Positions 46,455 to 57,840 of a stretch of 64,000 nt of DNA are shown in pieces. Made by a program: the position numbers and the translations under genes. The first letter of the stretch is position 1; each line of letters begins with the position of its first letter. The notes under the pieces are model-generated. The model saw only the letters and a program-made list of their open reading frames with translations, searched no databases and was not told the DNA's origin. The stretch is from Iphione sp. A-MEVVRFRX5 (taxonomy: Eukaryota), in assembly GCA_976226885.1 (NCBI GenBank), contig OZ320319.1:49910001-49974000 (forward strand), in the 5' to 3' direction.

Positions 46455-47009
46455 CTAAGGGATGTTTGTGGTTGTATCCCATTCATTGTCATCATAGGTG
46501 GGTGTTGGGGGGTACAGGCCCGCGTATAAGAGGTTGTGGTTAACCATGTGTGTAGCTGAAGTTTTTTGCATATATGCGCACAACCCTTTTACTGCAGCCT
46601 CCCGCACGTGGTCTGTGGCCTGTGATAGTCGGGATGTCATCCGCAGGGCTCTGAAGGCCTCTACGGCTAACTGGTCCCATACTGGACAGAGGTGTGCTGG
46701 GAGAAGTGGTTCTTGTGCAGTCCTGAGGTAACGGGCGAGGACCCGTACGATAGATAGCTGCACCAAGAGTGAGCCTAGGTTTAGGAGTGTTCGTTTCCAG
46801 GGGAGAACAACTGCCCCAAGGGAGTCAATACGGCTCGCAAGGTGTTGCAGTAGCTCATAGCGCCGAAAGGGTGTGACCCTAGGATGACGTAGGCCCCTAT
46901 CAGGCTGGTAGAGACCCAGGGTCAGACGTGATATGCAGTCCTCGATCTCAGGCATTGCTCCATCTTGAAGTTCCCGAAGTCGGGTGGATACTTCGTCATA
47001 AGTATTCAT
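46455..47009 (-). CDS. Accessory paralog 2 (184 aa)
   Basis: DRGLRHPRVT...PVWD...REAAVKGL. Confidence 0.82.
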   Translation of the reverse strand: MNTYDEVSTRLRELQDGAMPEIEDCISRLTLGLYQPDRGLRHPRVTPFRRYELLQHLASRIDSLGAVVLPWKRTLLNLGSLLVQLSIVRVLARYLRTAQEPLLPAHLCPVWDQLAVEAFRALRMTSRLSQATDHVREAAVKGLCAYMQKTSATHMVNHNLLYAGLYPPTPTYDDNEWDTTTNIP

Positions 47010-48932
47010 TTTCTGCAGAGGAAGGGTAGAGATCTTATATCTGGCATGGTGGATGAGAGTTTAGGGGGGTAGCTATCCATGGGCGGGGGTTAATTAGTTG
47101 CTACCGAGGTTCTCTCTCCAAGGAGATCAGGGGTGGGGGTCTTTTTATACTTCTGATATTACTCGGTAGGTTAAGGTCATAAGGAAGCTTTTTGGTGTGG
47201 GTGTTTGGGGTCATTAGTGGCCAGCCTTAACCCAGGGATCGGGGTTGTTTAGATGAGGTCATTTGTTTACATGATAACAGCTGTGGTCTGGCAAAAGGGT
47301 GTTGGAGGAAAAGACGTGGCCGGAATGCACGCGTGTCTTTGGCCGCGGGTGATTGAGTTGATCATTTGAGAAGGGGCAGCAAGAGAGGGCAGTCTAGCAA
47401 GGTCACAAAGGAGAAAAAGGATTATGGACAAAGGACCAAGTTGTTGGGAATTAGTGACTGCCATGATGGCGGCATTGGTGCTTGGCATGCATAGGAACGT
47501 AATCAAGGAGGATATTCCTTTGGAGGGTAAGTTTTACTTTTTTCACCCAGGTAACTTTTTCTGAGAAGGGGGGAAGGATGAGGGGCCCTGCTACGCTCTG
47601 TCAGGCCAATGGGTAGTGGGAAGTGAGGTGGGGGCTGCCACTTTTACTTTGGTGATAGTTGTTATTAATGCTGCCTTGCTAATTCATCCCCTATTACTTT
47701 TTGCAGAAGTTGTGGTGATCCCGAATGCTGGGAGCGGGATTTGTAGGCAGCGTGTAACCAGCGAGGTGCCAGATAGGACAGACCGAGAGGCTGCCTGATC
47801 TCTGGGCCGTATCGGATGTGTGTGATCCCGGTGGTTTTGTAGTAGCCTAGTTTTGGGATGCTTTCTCAATATTAATAGTGTGCCGTATGGAGAATAAATA
47901 TTTTTTGTAAACCTGTGTCTCTTTTTTTGTTTTTTGTTTTTGTTTGAGTTGCCGCTATGAAACAGGAGTTATTAGATCGTATTGCCGAGGTTCTATAATT
48001 TTCTTCCTTAAGATGTGTACCATTCATAGAAAGTCAAGAGTCTTCTTGATGCCAATAGTTTATTACCATAAAGCCCATTAATAACTCTTCTACATTTGTT
48101 TATATTTGACTACAGTATGATTTTGGTTATTCAAATGTCTACGTAGAGGTATATCGGATCCTGCCACCATAAATGTTTATAAGTGTTATACGTTGAGTAC
48201 TTTGATAATACACATAGAATTGCATATATGTTGATAATATTTCCAAAGAGAGTAGCCATGCTCCTACTTTTACAGTGTCCTTCAGTCTCGCATTATTGGT
48301 ATGGAGACATCTGACATCACTATCGGAGGAACTTCACTGCCTTGACTCCGACCATGTGGCTACCTTCTGGGAGAAGGGCTGTGTTGGTAAGTGTCGCCCC
48401 ATCTTGCGGTGGGGTGTTCGCGTCGGGTCACAGATGGTGGCCAGGTGTCTCCTTTCGCACGGAGTGACTCCCGATTGGGCTAGTGTTTCTAACCACATAA
48501 TGAGTCCTTTCACCATTTACTAATTCTACAGTCACTACAATGTTTTTCTTGGGTGGTCTTGTTGTCCAGGGGCGTTCCAGGCTTGTCAGTGAGAGCTCAT
48601 TCAGGACTCTGTGCTACGTGGAGATTCAAATTCCCATTCCTGTTCCACGGGGACGGGTAGGACGGGGCGTTTGGATCTGATGGCCTCAGTTGATGAGAGC
48701 CTGGCGGCCGGAGAGTCGACTGCCAGTAGAACGGGGTGTTTGCACCTGACGATGTCGGTTGATGGGCGTTTGGCGTCCTGAGAGTTGGGGACCAGTCGGG
48801 TGGGGCTCTGGTATGTTGTTCCGGTGCGCTGGGTGGGTTTGCGTTTCCTGTGCCATCTGGGAGTGTGAGAGCGACGACTGGGAGTTTGGTGAGTCCCAAC
48901 TTCTCGGGAGACGGTATTGCGGCGTTTGGGCG

Positions 48933-49652
48933 TCAAAGATCAGTCTGAGCAGGGACTGGATTCTCCTCTGGAACGGGTTGGTGAGGCGGCTCGTGAACGG
49001 GTAGGCCTGGCGGGACGGGGGGGGTGATATCCCGGGAGGATGAGATATCCCTCTGGGGTGAGCCATCCCCGCGGGGTGAAGTATCCCGTCGGGGCGAGAT
49101 ATTCCCGCGAGATGGGGTATCTTGGCGGCGTGGGTAGTGCGCCTTGGGGGATCGGTACAGGTTGGCTGCCAAAATGTCCATGCGTGCAGGTATATGGGAG
49201 GTCCTCTTCATGTATTTCCCGAGGGCTCTCACGGCTGCTTCTCTGGCCTGACTCGTGGCCAGAGAGAGCCCGACAGTGGATCGGAACTCTGCAAGGGCCA
49301 CTGTCACTAGACTGTCCCAAGCGGGGTAGTACTTGGGCAGCATAGGAGGTGTCTGATGGTCCTTGAAGTAGGCCATGAGCATGTCGTCCACCGTAAGCTG
49401 GGCCATTGGGTATTCTAGGTCGTAGAAGTTGCCTTTCCAAGGGTGAAGCACTGCGCCCGTTGCTTCTACGGTGTAGGAAAGGTGCCACATGAGCTCGTGT
49501 CGATACCCGTCTGTGACTCTGGGGTGGCGGAGCCCTCTGTCGGACTTGAAGAGCTCGGGGGTAAAGGCCGGCATGCAGTCTCCTGGGATCGGCAGCGCCC
49601 CTTGGAGAAGGAGTGACTGCTGCTCTCGGATTTTCACATACCGGCCTGCCAT
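48933..49652 (-). CDS. Accessory paralog 1 (239 aa, with an R/S/P-rich tail)
   Basis: MAGRY...DRGLRHPRVT...PAWD...REAAVRAL, followed by ISPR/TSPR repeats. Confidence 0.82.
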   Translation of the reverse strand: MAGRYVKIREQQSLLLQGALPIPGDCMPAFTPELFKSDRGLRHPRVTDGYRHELMWHLSYTVEATGAVLHPWKGNFYDLEYPMAQLTVDDMLMAYFKDHQTPPMLPKYYPAWDSLVTVALAEFRSTVGLSLATSQAREAAVRALGKYMKRTSHIPARMDILAANLYRSPKAHYPRRQDTPSRGNISPRRDTSPRGDGSPQRDISSSRDITPPVPPGLPVHEPPHQPVPEENPVPAQTDL

Positions 49653-50339
49653 AACCTGCGAATGTTGAGATAGAGAGAGATGTGAGAGATCTCTTCAACT
49701 ATTCGTAGGATTTTGAGAAGGGCCATACTACAAAAGATAGAGAGGGGTGCATGTTTTGCTAATCCCAGGTTCTCATGGGTGGGGTTTCTTGTGACGCCCA
49801 GTATTTCTATTGGGGGTTTCGTATCTCTAGGGGGGGTTCAAGCCACCAAGATGAAAGCTCCCAAATGGAGGTTTCTACAAAGGGAGTGCCTTTTGGGAGA
49901 AGGGTGAGCTACTAACTCTATGGGTGAGGTGAGAATCAGACTGGATTAGTGCAGGGCAAGACGAGTCTTGGATGGCGGCCCCTTTATTTTGAAGCCCTGT
50001 CGGCAAGCCTTAGGAGTTATGCTGGGGATCTTTTGTGGTGAGTGTTTGTGTTGATTGCAGGTGTGAGGTCAGATACTGCAAACTACCTTGGGGGTCTGTG
50101 TATAAGCCTCCTATTGACTCCTCACTCAGGGCAGAGGTAGCTAATCTCTGCTACTGTCTTTGAGTCATGTACCTTTTTCGCTTGGAGGTAGGGGAGTAAC
50201 CAGATTTGAGAAAAGGCAAATTACTAGGCACTGTACATGTGGGTTGGCTTCTTTCTGGTAGCCTCTTTTTCCTATTTTCCTTCATGAAGAAGGGCTTTAT
50301 TGATGAGTGTGGACTCCTTCATCCAATTCTAAATTCTTT

Positions 50340-50675
50340 AACGGGGGAAATAAAAGATACTTCCCCTTCCTACCTACGTGAAGGTAGGGCGGCACGCCTG
50401 GGTGTACGATACGTCGATGCTTCCTTATTACGTTTGAGGGTTTGCGATTGCTTACTTTACCTGCTTTAATTGGAAGGGAATCCTTCAGTACGGGGGAGAT
50501 AAGAGTGGCCTCCCCTTCCTACCTGTGTGAAGGTAGGGCAGCATGCTGAGGTTTGTGATATCTTTCGGAGCAGGATTCTACCATTTTGTCCCTTGGAAGG
50601 ACTCCCTTCATGAACGGGGGAGATGAGGATTGTCTCCCCTTCCTACCTACGTGGAGGTAGGGTGGCATGCCAGGA
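50340..50675 (-). repeat. Three dispersed direct repeats, each with a conserved 7-bp hairpin
   Basis: CCCCTTCCTACCT-N6-AGGTAGGG at about 50363, 50512 and 50636. Confidence 0.85.
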
Positions 50676-51026
50676 GGTACTATATCTCATAGTCCTGTTT
50701 ACCTCATTTTACTTCCTTACTTTAAGCTGCGTACATGTGCATGTGGACGTCCATTCATATGTTCGTATAACTTTTAGATTCCTCTTCTTATTCTTGTTCA
50801 ACATTGTGGGCTTTTTGCCTGTACTCCTGCATTATAATCAAGGGGAGGGGTCATAATGGCTCTGATGGGAGCACATCTTCCCTGCAAGATCTTGCCTTTT
50901 TATCTGTTGTTTTTAGAATTACGCCTTTCTCTTAGAGGTGTTCCCACCTTGGTTCTTTGGAATAACATTACTTATAGGAAAAAAAGGGGGGTTGCTGAAG
51001 GGTCTGACAAGGGTTCTCTTGCCGTC

Positions 51027-54000
51027 TTAGGTTTTCTTCCCTTTGCGCCTTGTTTGCAGAAGAGACGTCCAGGTGGCAGCGTCCCACCACCGTTTCGGCC
51101 TCCTCTTAGTACGCTGTGGTCGGATTACCTTTTGGGGACATACTGGGGGTTGGTTGATGGTATTGGATTCCGAAGAGTTTGGATTAGGCCCGATGATGAC
51201 CTTAGTGTCTTTTCCAGGGTGATCTTGGTTGGCTTGTTCTATTATGATCTTGTCTGGGTTGGGAGGTAAGTTGAGGCGCTCCAGTCTCACAACAGGGTCA
51301 AGTTCACTTAGGCCCGCCTCTGTCTGACGTGGGCGTCGGGGGGCAATAGGGGGATGAACTTGTATCTTGAGGGGATGCCCGGGTCTTAGCTGCTGAAGGG
51401 GGTCATCCCCTATTTTATCAGAGAATGCATCTTGAGCTTTGCTTTGTGAGCGTGTTACGGGTCCCTCTGTTTGTGTTCTGGGGGTTTCTGGTATTACAGG
51501 CATGGAGAACTCTGAGGGGCCCTCAGATTCTTCTTCAGAAAGGGCAGGGGACTCACTGGAAGATTTAGAGTCTGAGAGCGGGGGAGAAGTGGGAGAATTG
51601 GACCGAGATGGAGCTGGGGTTTCAGGGTCTTCACTCGATACATCTTGGGTTGTTGGATGGCTTGCATTGTGGACTGATCTTATAATAGGGTGGGTACGTT
51701 CATGTAAACTTTGTGAGGTAGAGGGAGTCTCAAGGGGAGGACCCTCATTCTGAAAGGGGGATGAGGCATTTGAGGCAGGTGATATGTCATCTTCAGGGAA
51801 TTCCTCGTTGGTGCTAGGGATAGCAGATATAGTTTTCTTTAGCCTGCTGATGGTTACTGGTCTGGCCAGATGTCTTTTAGTTTGAAGGCATTTCAAAAAG
51901 ACAGTAGAGTCAGTCTGAAATCGGGTAATGGCATAAGGTCCATGGTAGACCTTGGCCAGTTTCAGTTTGAGTGAGCTGTCCTTTAATTTAGGCATGTATA
52001 CCCATACTACATCACCCACCTGGAGATCCGGCTTATAGGTGTGCTCATCATGTCTTGCCTTCATGGCTAGGGCATATTTCTCAGAAGTCTTTTGTGCAGC
52101 CTGATGAGCTTCTTGTTGGGCCTGCAGGTGGGCCCCGAATCTTTGTCGTGTGTCCATTAATTCATCTTCGGAAATGGGAATGGAGTTCATTTCGGGACGG
52201 CGGGGTTCATACCCGTTTAGGAGGAGATAGGGGGTCTGGCCTGTGCGGGTGGCCTTTGTGGTGTTTAGAGCAAAACATATTCCAGGGAGGTAACAATCCC
52301 AGTTGTTTTGGTCTTTGCTAACATAATTTCCCAAGACAGTCAGAAGCGAGCGGTTGGCCCGCTCGACCAAGCCTGAGGTCTGGGGATGACCTGCCGTAGC
52401 AAATTTCTGTTTGATTCCGTTTTTCCTACAATAATTCATAAATCTATCTGAGATGAAGGCTGAACCATTATCTGAGACTATAGTATTGACTACACCAAAA
52501 CGGTAAACAATATGTTCTTTAAATTTAGAAATAAGAGTATCTGCTCGGAGATCAACTTGTGCCCATGCTACTAGGAATCTGCTATAGTAGTCTACTATGG
52601 TAATGATATGTCGGTTTCCTCTCTTGGTGAGGGGGAGTCTTTCGATGGCATCCATATTAATGGTATGCCATGGTGCTGGCGTTGGATCTCTCAAGGTTAG
52701 AGGGGGTCTTATAGGGCGTGTCATACGTTTGGTTTCGGAACATTTGATACAAGTGGCGCAATACTCGTGCACATCTTTGCTCATTCCAGACCAAAAGAGT
52801 GACTCTCTCATTCTGGTAAGCATTTTTACTGGGCCCAGGTGTCCTGCATGTGGAGGGTCATGATTCTGTTGGAGAAATTGTTCCCTAAGTCCCATGGGGA
52901 CAATAAGTCTGACATTTGTTCTGGCATTAGGTCCAGTGGTTGATGACATTCTAAAGAGAAGCCTTTTATAAAGAAAATAGTCTTCTTCATGGAGCAGAAT
53001 TTCATGCGCCAGTTTGTCGTCCTTTGGGCGTATCCCATATTTGATGAATCCAACTGTCTGCTGACAGAAGGTATCATCTTTTTGCTCCTTAAGAAGATCT
53101 TCAATGGGTATGTGTGATGAGTTTAGATGTTTCTCTGCCCCAGAGTGAAGGACAAATTGTCTTTCTCTTCTCTTACGGTGCTTAGGTTTGTTAAGAAATT
53201 GGGGAGTCCCTGACTTACTGGTGGTATGAATAGCGTTTGCTTCTAAGGGCTTAAGCTTTTTATCTCTGGGTTTCCTGCTGGGAGGAGGACAGGGAGGCTC
53301 TTTGTCAGGAGGGGTGTCGAGCCGAGAGAGGGCATCGGGGACATAATTGGAGGTCCCTGCTACATGTTGGACAATGTAGTCAAACCGTTGGAGGAATTCC
53401 ATCCATCGGATAACTCGGCTCTCTTTATGCTCTAAGGATTTTGTAACTAAGATATGAACGAGAGGGTTATGGTCAGTTTGGATGGTGAACTTGGCTCCTT
53501 CTAAATAAACTTGCCAGTGCTTGACTGCGTAAAAGACAGCAGCCATTTCCTTGTCTGTCGTGGAGTAATTAAGCTGGGCTCCTTGAAAGGCTTTAGCCCA
53601 GTAGGCTATTGGTCTAAGATTTCCTTCCCAGTCTTTTTGTGACAAGCTGGCGCCCATTCCATAGTTACTGGCATCAGTGGCCAAAAAGAATTCATCATTA
53701 AAGTTTGGGTAAAGAAGAAACTGTTCATCGGTCAGGGCTTCCTTAAGTGTTTGGTATGCTTCCTCTTGTTCAGGTCCCCAGAAGAATTTTGTACTCTTTC
53801 TTGATAAGTCATAGAGGGGTTTGGCTTTAAGGCCATAGCTGGGGATAAATTTTCTATAATAGCCAGTCATTCCTAAGAATCGGCGTACCTGGCGGACTGT
53901 GGTTGGAGTATTCATTTCTTTTATTTTCTGAGTATTGTCAGGAGAGGGTTTAATGCCTTCAGTGGTTATAATGTGACCTAAGAACTTGACTTCTGAGTGC

Positions 54001-56213
54001 CCTATCTCACATTTATGAGGGTTTGAGTTTAAGTCCTGCCTCGATTAATTGGTCAAAGACTTCTCCAAGGTCCTGCATATGTTGCTCAAATGTGGGTGAA
54101 AAGACTACTATGTCATCCATATATGCCAAACAGATTTTATACTTTAATCCTGACAGAACTAAATCCACTACACTTTGAAAGGATGCTGGAGAATTTTTAA
54201 GACCCATAGGCATAGTTTTGTAGCGGTATTTTCCTGAAGGGGTGAGGAAGGCTGTTTTATCCCTGTCCTCATCACGAATAGGGATCTGATGGAAGCCCAT
54301 CTCTAAGTCCATTACAGAAAGAAATTTAGGTTTGGTGTGCCCGATTGCGTCTATAGTATCATCTACCCTGGGGATAGTAAACATCTGTGTGACCGTTTGT
54401 GTATTTAGATTTCTATAGTCAACTACTAATCTGAACTTTCCATTAGGTTTTGGCACTAGAAAGGCTGGGCTAGCCCATGGGCCGTCCCCTGCTCTTTCCA
54501 GTATATCTTTTTCTTCCTGATCTGCTACTATTTTGTCAAGTTCCTCCCTCATTCGGGGGGACATGCGGAAGGGTTGTGCCTGTGTTGGGAAGTGGTCTGG
54601 TTTTAATTCAATCCTATGCTCTACCAAGTGGGTTCTTCCTATGTCTCCCTGTAAGACGAATGCTTCTCTCTTGGATAAGAGGAGATTGTGACAAATTGCC
54701 TTTTGTTCATGGGTGAAATTGGAATTAGATAGGTCAACTGGTATATTCAAAGAATTGGTGTTGAGGGAATTTATTTGTGTCTGTGCAGGCATGATGTTTG
54801 TATAGGGGTTTCCCTTTGTAAAAGTTCCTACTCGAAATCCTTTCTTTAGCTGTTCTGGGCGGGAGGAGTAATTTAAAACAGAATAGGGATACGGTTGTCT
54901 ACAACCTTCACAATAGCTTCCTTATTGGTTCTAAGGTTTCGGGGGGTCGATGACAAGGTGTCCGTATACAGGCCTTCGTAGGGGTCTAGGGAATCCCCCT
55001 TCCCAAGGATCTGTCCCCATAAGAGGGTTTCTGTTCCAGGTTGAAGGAGTATATCCTCAGGAAGGGCGACAGAGTATTGGGTAGGGGTTTTAAGGCCAAA
55101 GGAGAGGTTCATGGAAAATTGATGCAAAAATGATCGACCTAGGATGATGTCATAGGAAAGTCCAGGAACCACGTGTAGGGAAACAGGGTAGGTACTATCA
55201 TCAATGGGGATGGGCAGGTGAACTGTCCAGGGAGATCGGGAGACTGTCCCATTAGCCATAACACATTCTGTTTTAGAGGGGGAAAGGCGTATGGGGGCCC
55301 CACCATCTTTTAACTGGTTAAGGGCTTTTAGGCTCATACAGCAACCTTCCGCTCCTGTGTCTACAAGGGCTGTGAACACAAGGCCTTCTATAGGGATTTT
55401 GGTAGTGCTATTGCCTGTCAATGAATGGCGAATCAACTCCCCATCACCAGTGGTAGTTTTACTCGTTCTAGATAAAAGGATCCCTTGGTTAGGTACATGC
55501 CGTGATTGGGCAACAATAGAAAAAATTTCTTTGGTTTTTGGAGGGAAGTTAAAGTCCATATAGAGCTGGTGATGTTCTATTTCTTCAGGGAGGATCCAAT
55601 GCTCAACATGCAGAGGACAGGCAGGCACCCTATTACATCTAGGTTTAAGTGTTTCTCTATTGACTTCCCTACTCCAGTATGAGACCTGTCTTGTTACACA
55701 TGCTTCTAAGGTTCCACAGTTTGGAACATCACAGGTACCATTCTGGTGTTCTAATATTCTCCAATGTAACAATGTAAGTACATGATATTCTAAACTATTA
55801 ATACATAAATTATCAACAATTGCACAATCACATTTCATTTGGATAGATAAATCAGGCTTAAGCTCAGAAATGCATATACATCGGTTAGGACAATGAGTAC
55901 AATCAAAACGTATACCTCTATGACCATTGTGGACTTCTACCATATGGTCCACAGTCTTAGCTTGAGTCTTTTTCTGGGAGGGCTTCCCTGGGCAGAGAGG
56001 ATGTGATTTCAGCGTTGTATATACAAGGTTCTTAACCCAACCCAAGTTTTCCTCGGGTAGACGAGGGTAAGGTTTAGATAAGATTATACACAAAAATTTC
56101 TTCCCCGGTTCAGGTGAACTGGAGTCCTTAAGGTTTACATTGGTCCCTTCGTCTGTCCGGGATGTCAGTGACTCCCAATACTTGGGTGATTTGGGAGTCT
56201 GGTCTAGTTTCCC
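51027..56213 (-). CDS. pol: Gypsy B pol (Cys/His-rich domain, protease, RT, RNase H, integrase); 1-bp frameshifts at about 54875 and 54020
   Basis: LVDTGAE; WASPAFLV...YMDDIVV; LATDASNYG...DALSR; HHCC; DAIE/SDNG/ERANR; GPY. Confidence 0.95.
56170..56213 (-). promoter_or_regulatory. -1 programmed ribosomal frameshift signal (G_GGA_AAC, 7-nt spacer, 9-bp hairpin)
   Basis: The in-frame heptamer (56207-56213) lies directly before the gag TAG. Stem GACTCCCAA/TTGGGAGTC. The -1 frame is open into ORF 54873-56093. Confidence 0.85.
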
Positions 56214-57795
56214 AGGTGGGGGAAATTGGCCCCACTGTAGCGATCATGGTCCCCACGGGTCCGTTCTATGGGGCGGTTTCTGGGGGCGCCTCTATCTTCC
56301 CATGGCTGCGGGGGAAGACGTCTCAGTGGTTGAGGAGAGGCGGACCGGTAGGGCTGGGATTGAGGGCCCCTATTACGAGGAGGGTGATACTTTTGCTGAG
56401 TGTTTTGGGGATATTGGGGCCTTCTCCCCCGTGGTCCTCTCCCTCTTTCAGAGCGTTGTGGAGGAGGGCGGGCACGTTCTTCCATGTCCCGTCTCTTGGT
56501 GCGACATTCCCTAGCATAGTGTCCCCTTTTCTGGCAATAATAGCATGTTAGGTTGGACTCAGGAGGTAAAGGATCTGAGACTGGTTGGGTTATGTTGGGA
56601 GGGGGACGGGTGGTACCCCCAATTGTTCTCAAGGTGACTGCTGCTATCTCACTGGGGAGTTCTTTCATTAGTTCCCTTTTAAGGGCATCTACTACTGCCT
56701 CCATTTTTGAGATCCTTTTACGAAACCCTCCCTGGGCATGCCATGCTTCTCTGGCATCCTGGACTGCCTTATCAAAAAGGGGACTGTCCGCACCTTCATA
56801 GATTCCCTTAATTCTGGGAGTATATTTTCCATAAAAATTCTTCCTGCCAGCTCATCACTATCATGTCCTGCAGCTACACAAACTTTCATGAGCCTATCTG
56901 CAAACTCAGAGGGATGTTCATCTGGTCTCTGCTTAGTGGCACGAAGCCTATCACCCAGTTCTATTGGGGGCGGTCCCTTTTGTTCTATCAAGAATTTCCT
57001 TAGCTCATCCCAAGTGGGGTGAGCCTCTATATAAAGGTGGGCAGTACGGGGGAGGAAGGCTCGAGCCTTTCGGTAGCAATATTCTTTCCAGCCATCCCGT
57101 GCTGCTCCACCCTGTCCTCCCTCTTGAGGATTAGGATTCTCTTCCCCATAGATGTCCTTAATGTAGTCTTCATACTGGTGTACCCAGTCTACTACTTGAT
57201 AGGGGTCAGAGGGGAACATACCTGGTCGTTTAGGCATAATAGTCAGTCTTTTAGCAAATGCTTCAATCATACCCTCATCTGCCATGTTTCTTAATGCACG
57301 TTGCCCTTCCCTGACATTTATAAGGTTACCACTTACTGGTTGTTGAGTCGGGTAGGATGGTGTAGGCTGGGGTGTACGCGTTGGCGGCTGTCGTGATGGG
57401 CCTGGTTGGGGCTGATGGAGCTCTAGTGACTGTCTGGAGGTAGAAGGATGTGGCTCTGGTAGAAGTAGAGTCCTATGTGGGCCTGGTTGAAGGACCGATG
57501 ATGGTGCCCGGGGTGTTGTAGTGGCTGGAGATGAAGGGGATGTTGGGCCTTGTTGTGGAAGACTAGGAGGAGTGGACCACGCTGTGGGCGAAGTTGACCG
57601 TCCTGGTGGCGAGAAGGATGGACGTCGCTGGCTTGGAGTGACTGGTAGTTGCAGGGGCGTCCGAGGAAGGCTGGTTGAAGATTTACCAGATGAGATGCGC
57701 CCTCTTTCTTGAGACCTGCCTTGTCGGGTGGCACTGGAGGTGAGCCTGTGCTTGGCAGTGAGACTTCTCGTGGTAGGTCGGGAGATATGAGCCAT
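56204..57795 (-). CDS. gag: Gypsy B gag (P/S-rich N-terminus, capsid, CCHC); 1-bp frameshift at about 56775
   Basis: LRATKQRPDEHPSEFADRL is capsid-like; CYYCQKRGHYAREC zinc knuckle. Confidence 0.9.
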
Positions 57796-57823
57796 GCACT
57801 AGTACTGCCAGGTGGTGAAGTTA

Positions 57824-57839
57824 CCCGGGTTCTCCACCA
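57824..57839 (-). promoter_or_regulatory. Primer-binding site, tRNA-Ala-like
   Basis: TGGTGGAGAACCCGGG starts 1 nt after the 5' LTR; the first 10 nt are complementary to a tRNA-Ala 3' end (UUCUCCACCA). Confidence 0.6.
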
Positions 57840-57840
57840 G

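Noticed and set aside
47267-48936. Further accessory ORFs between paralogs 1 and 2
   Set aside because: The ORFs are short, overlapping or stop-interrupted, with no shared motifs or convincing acceptor-ATG pattern.
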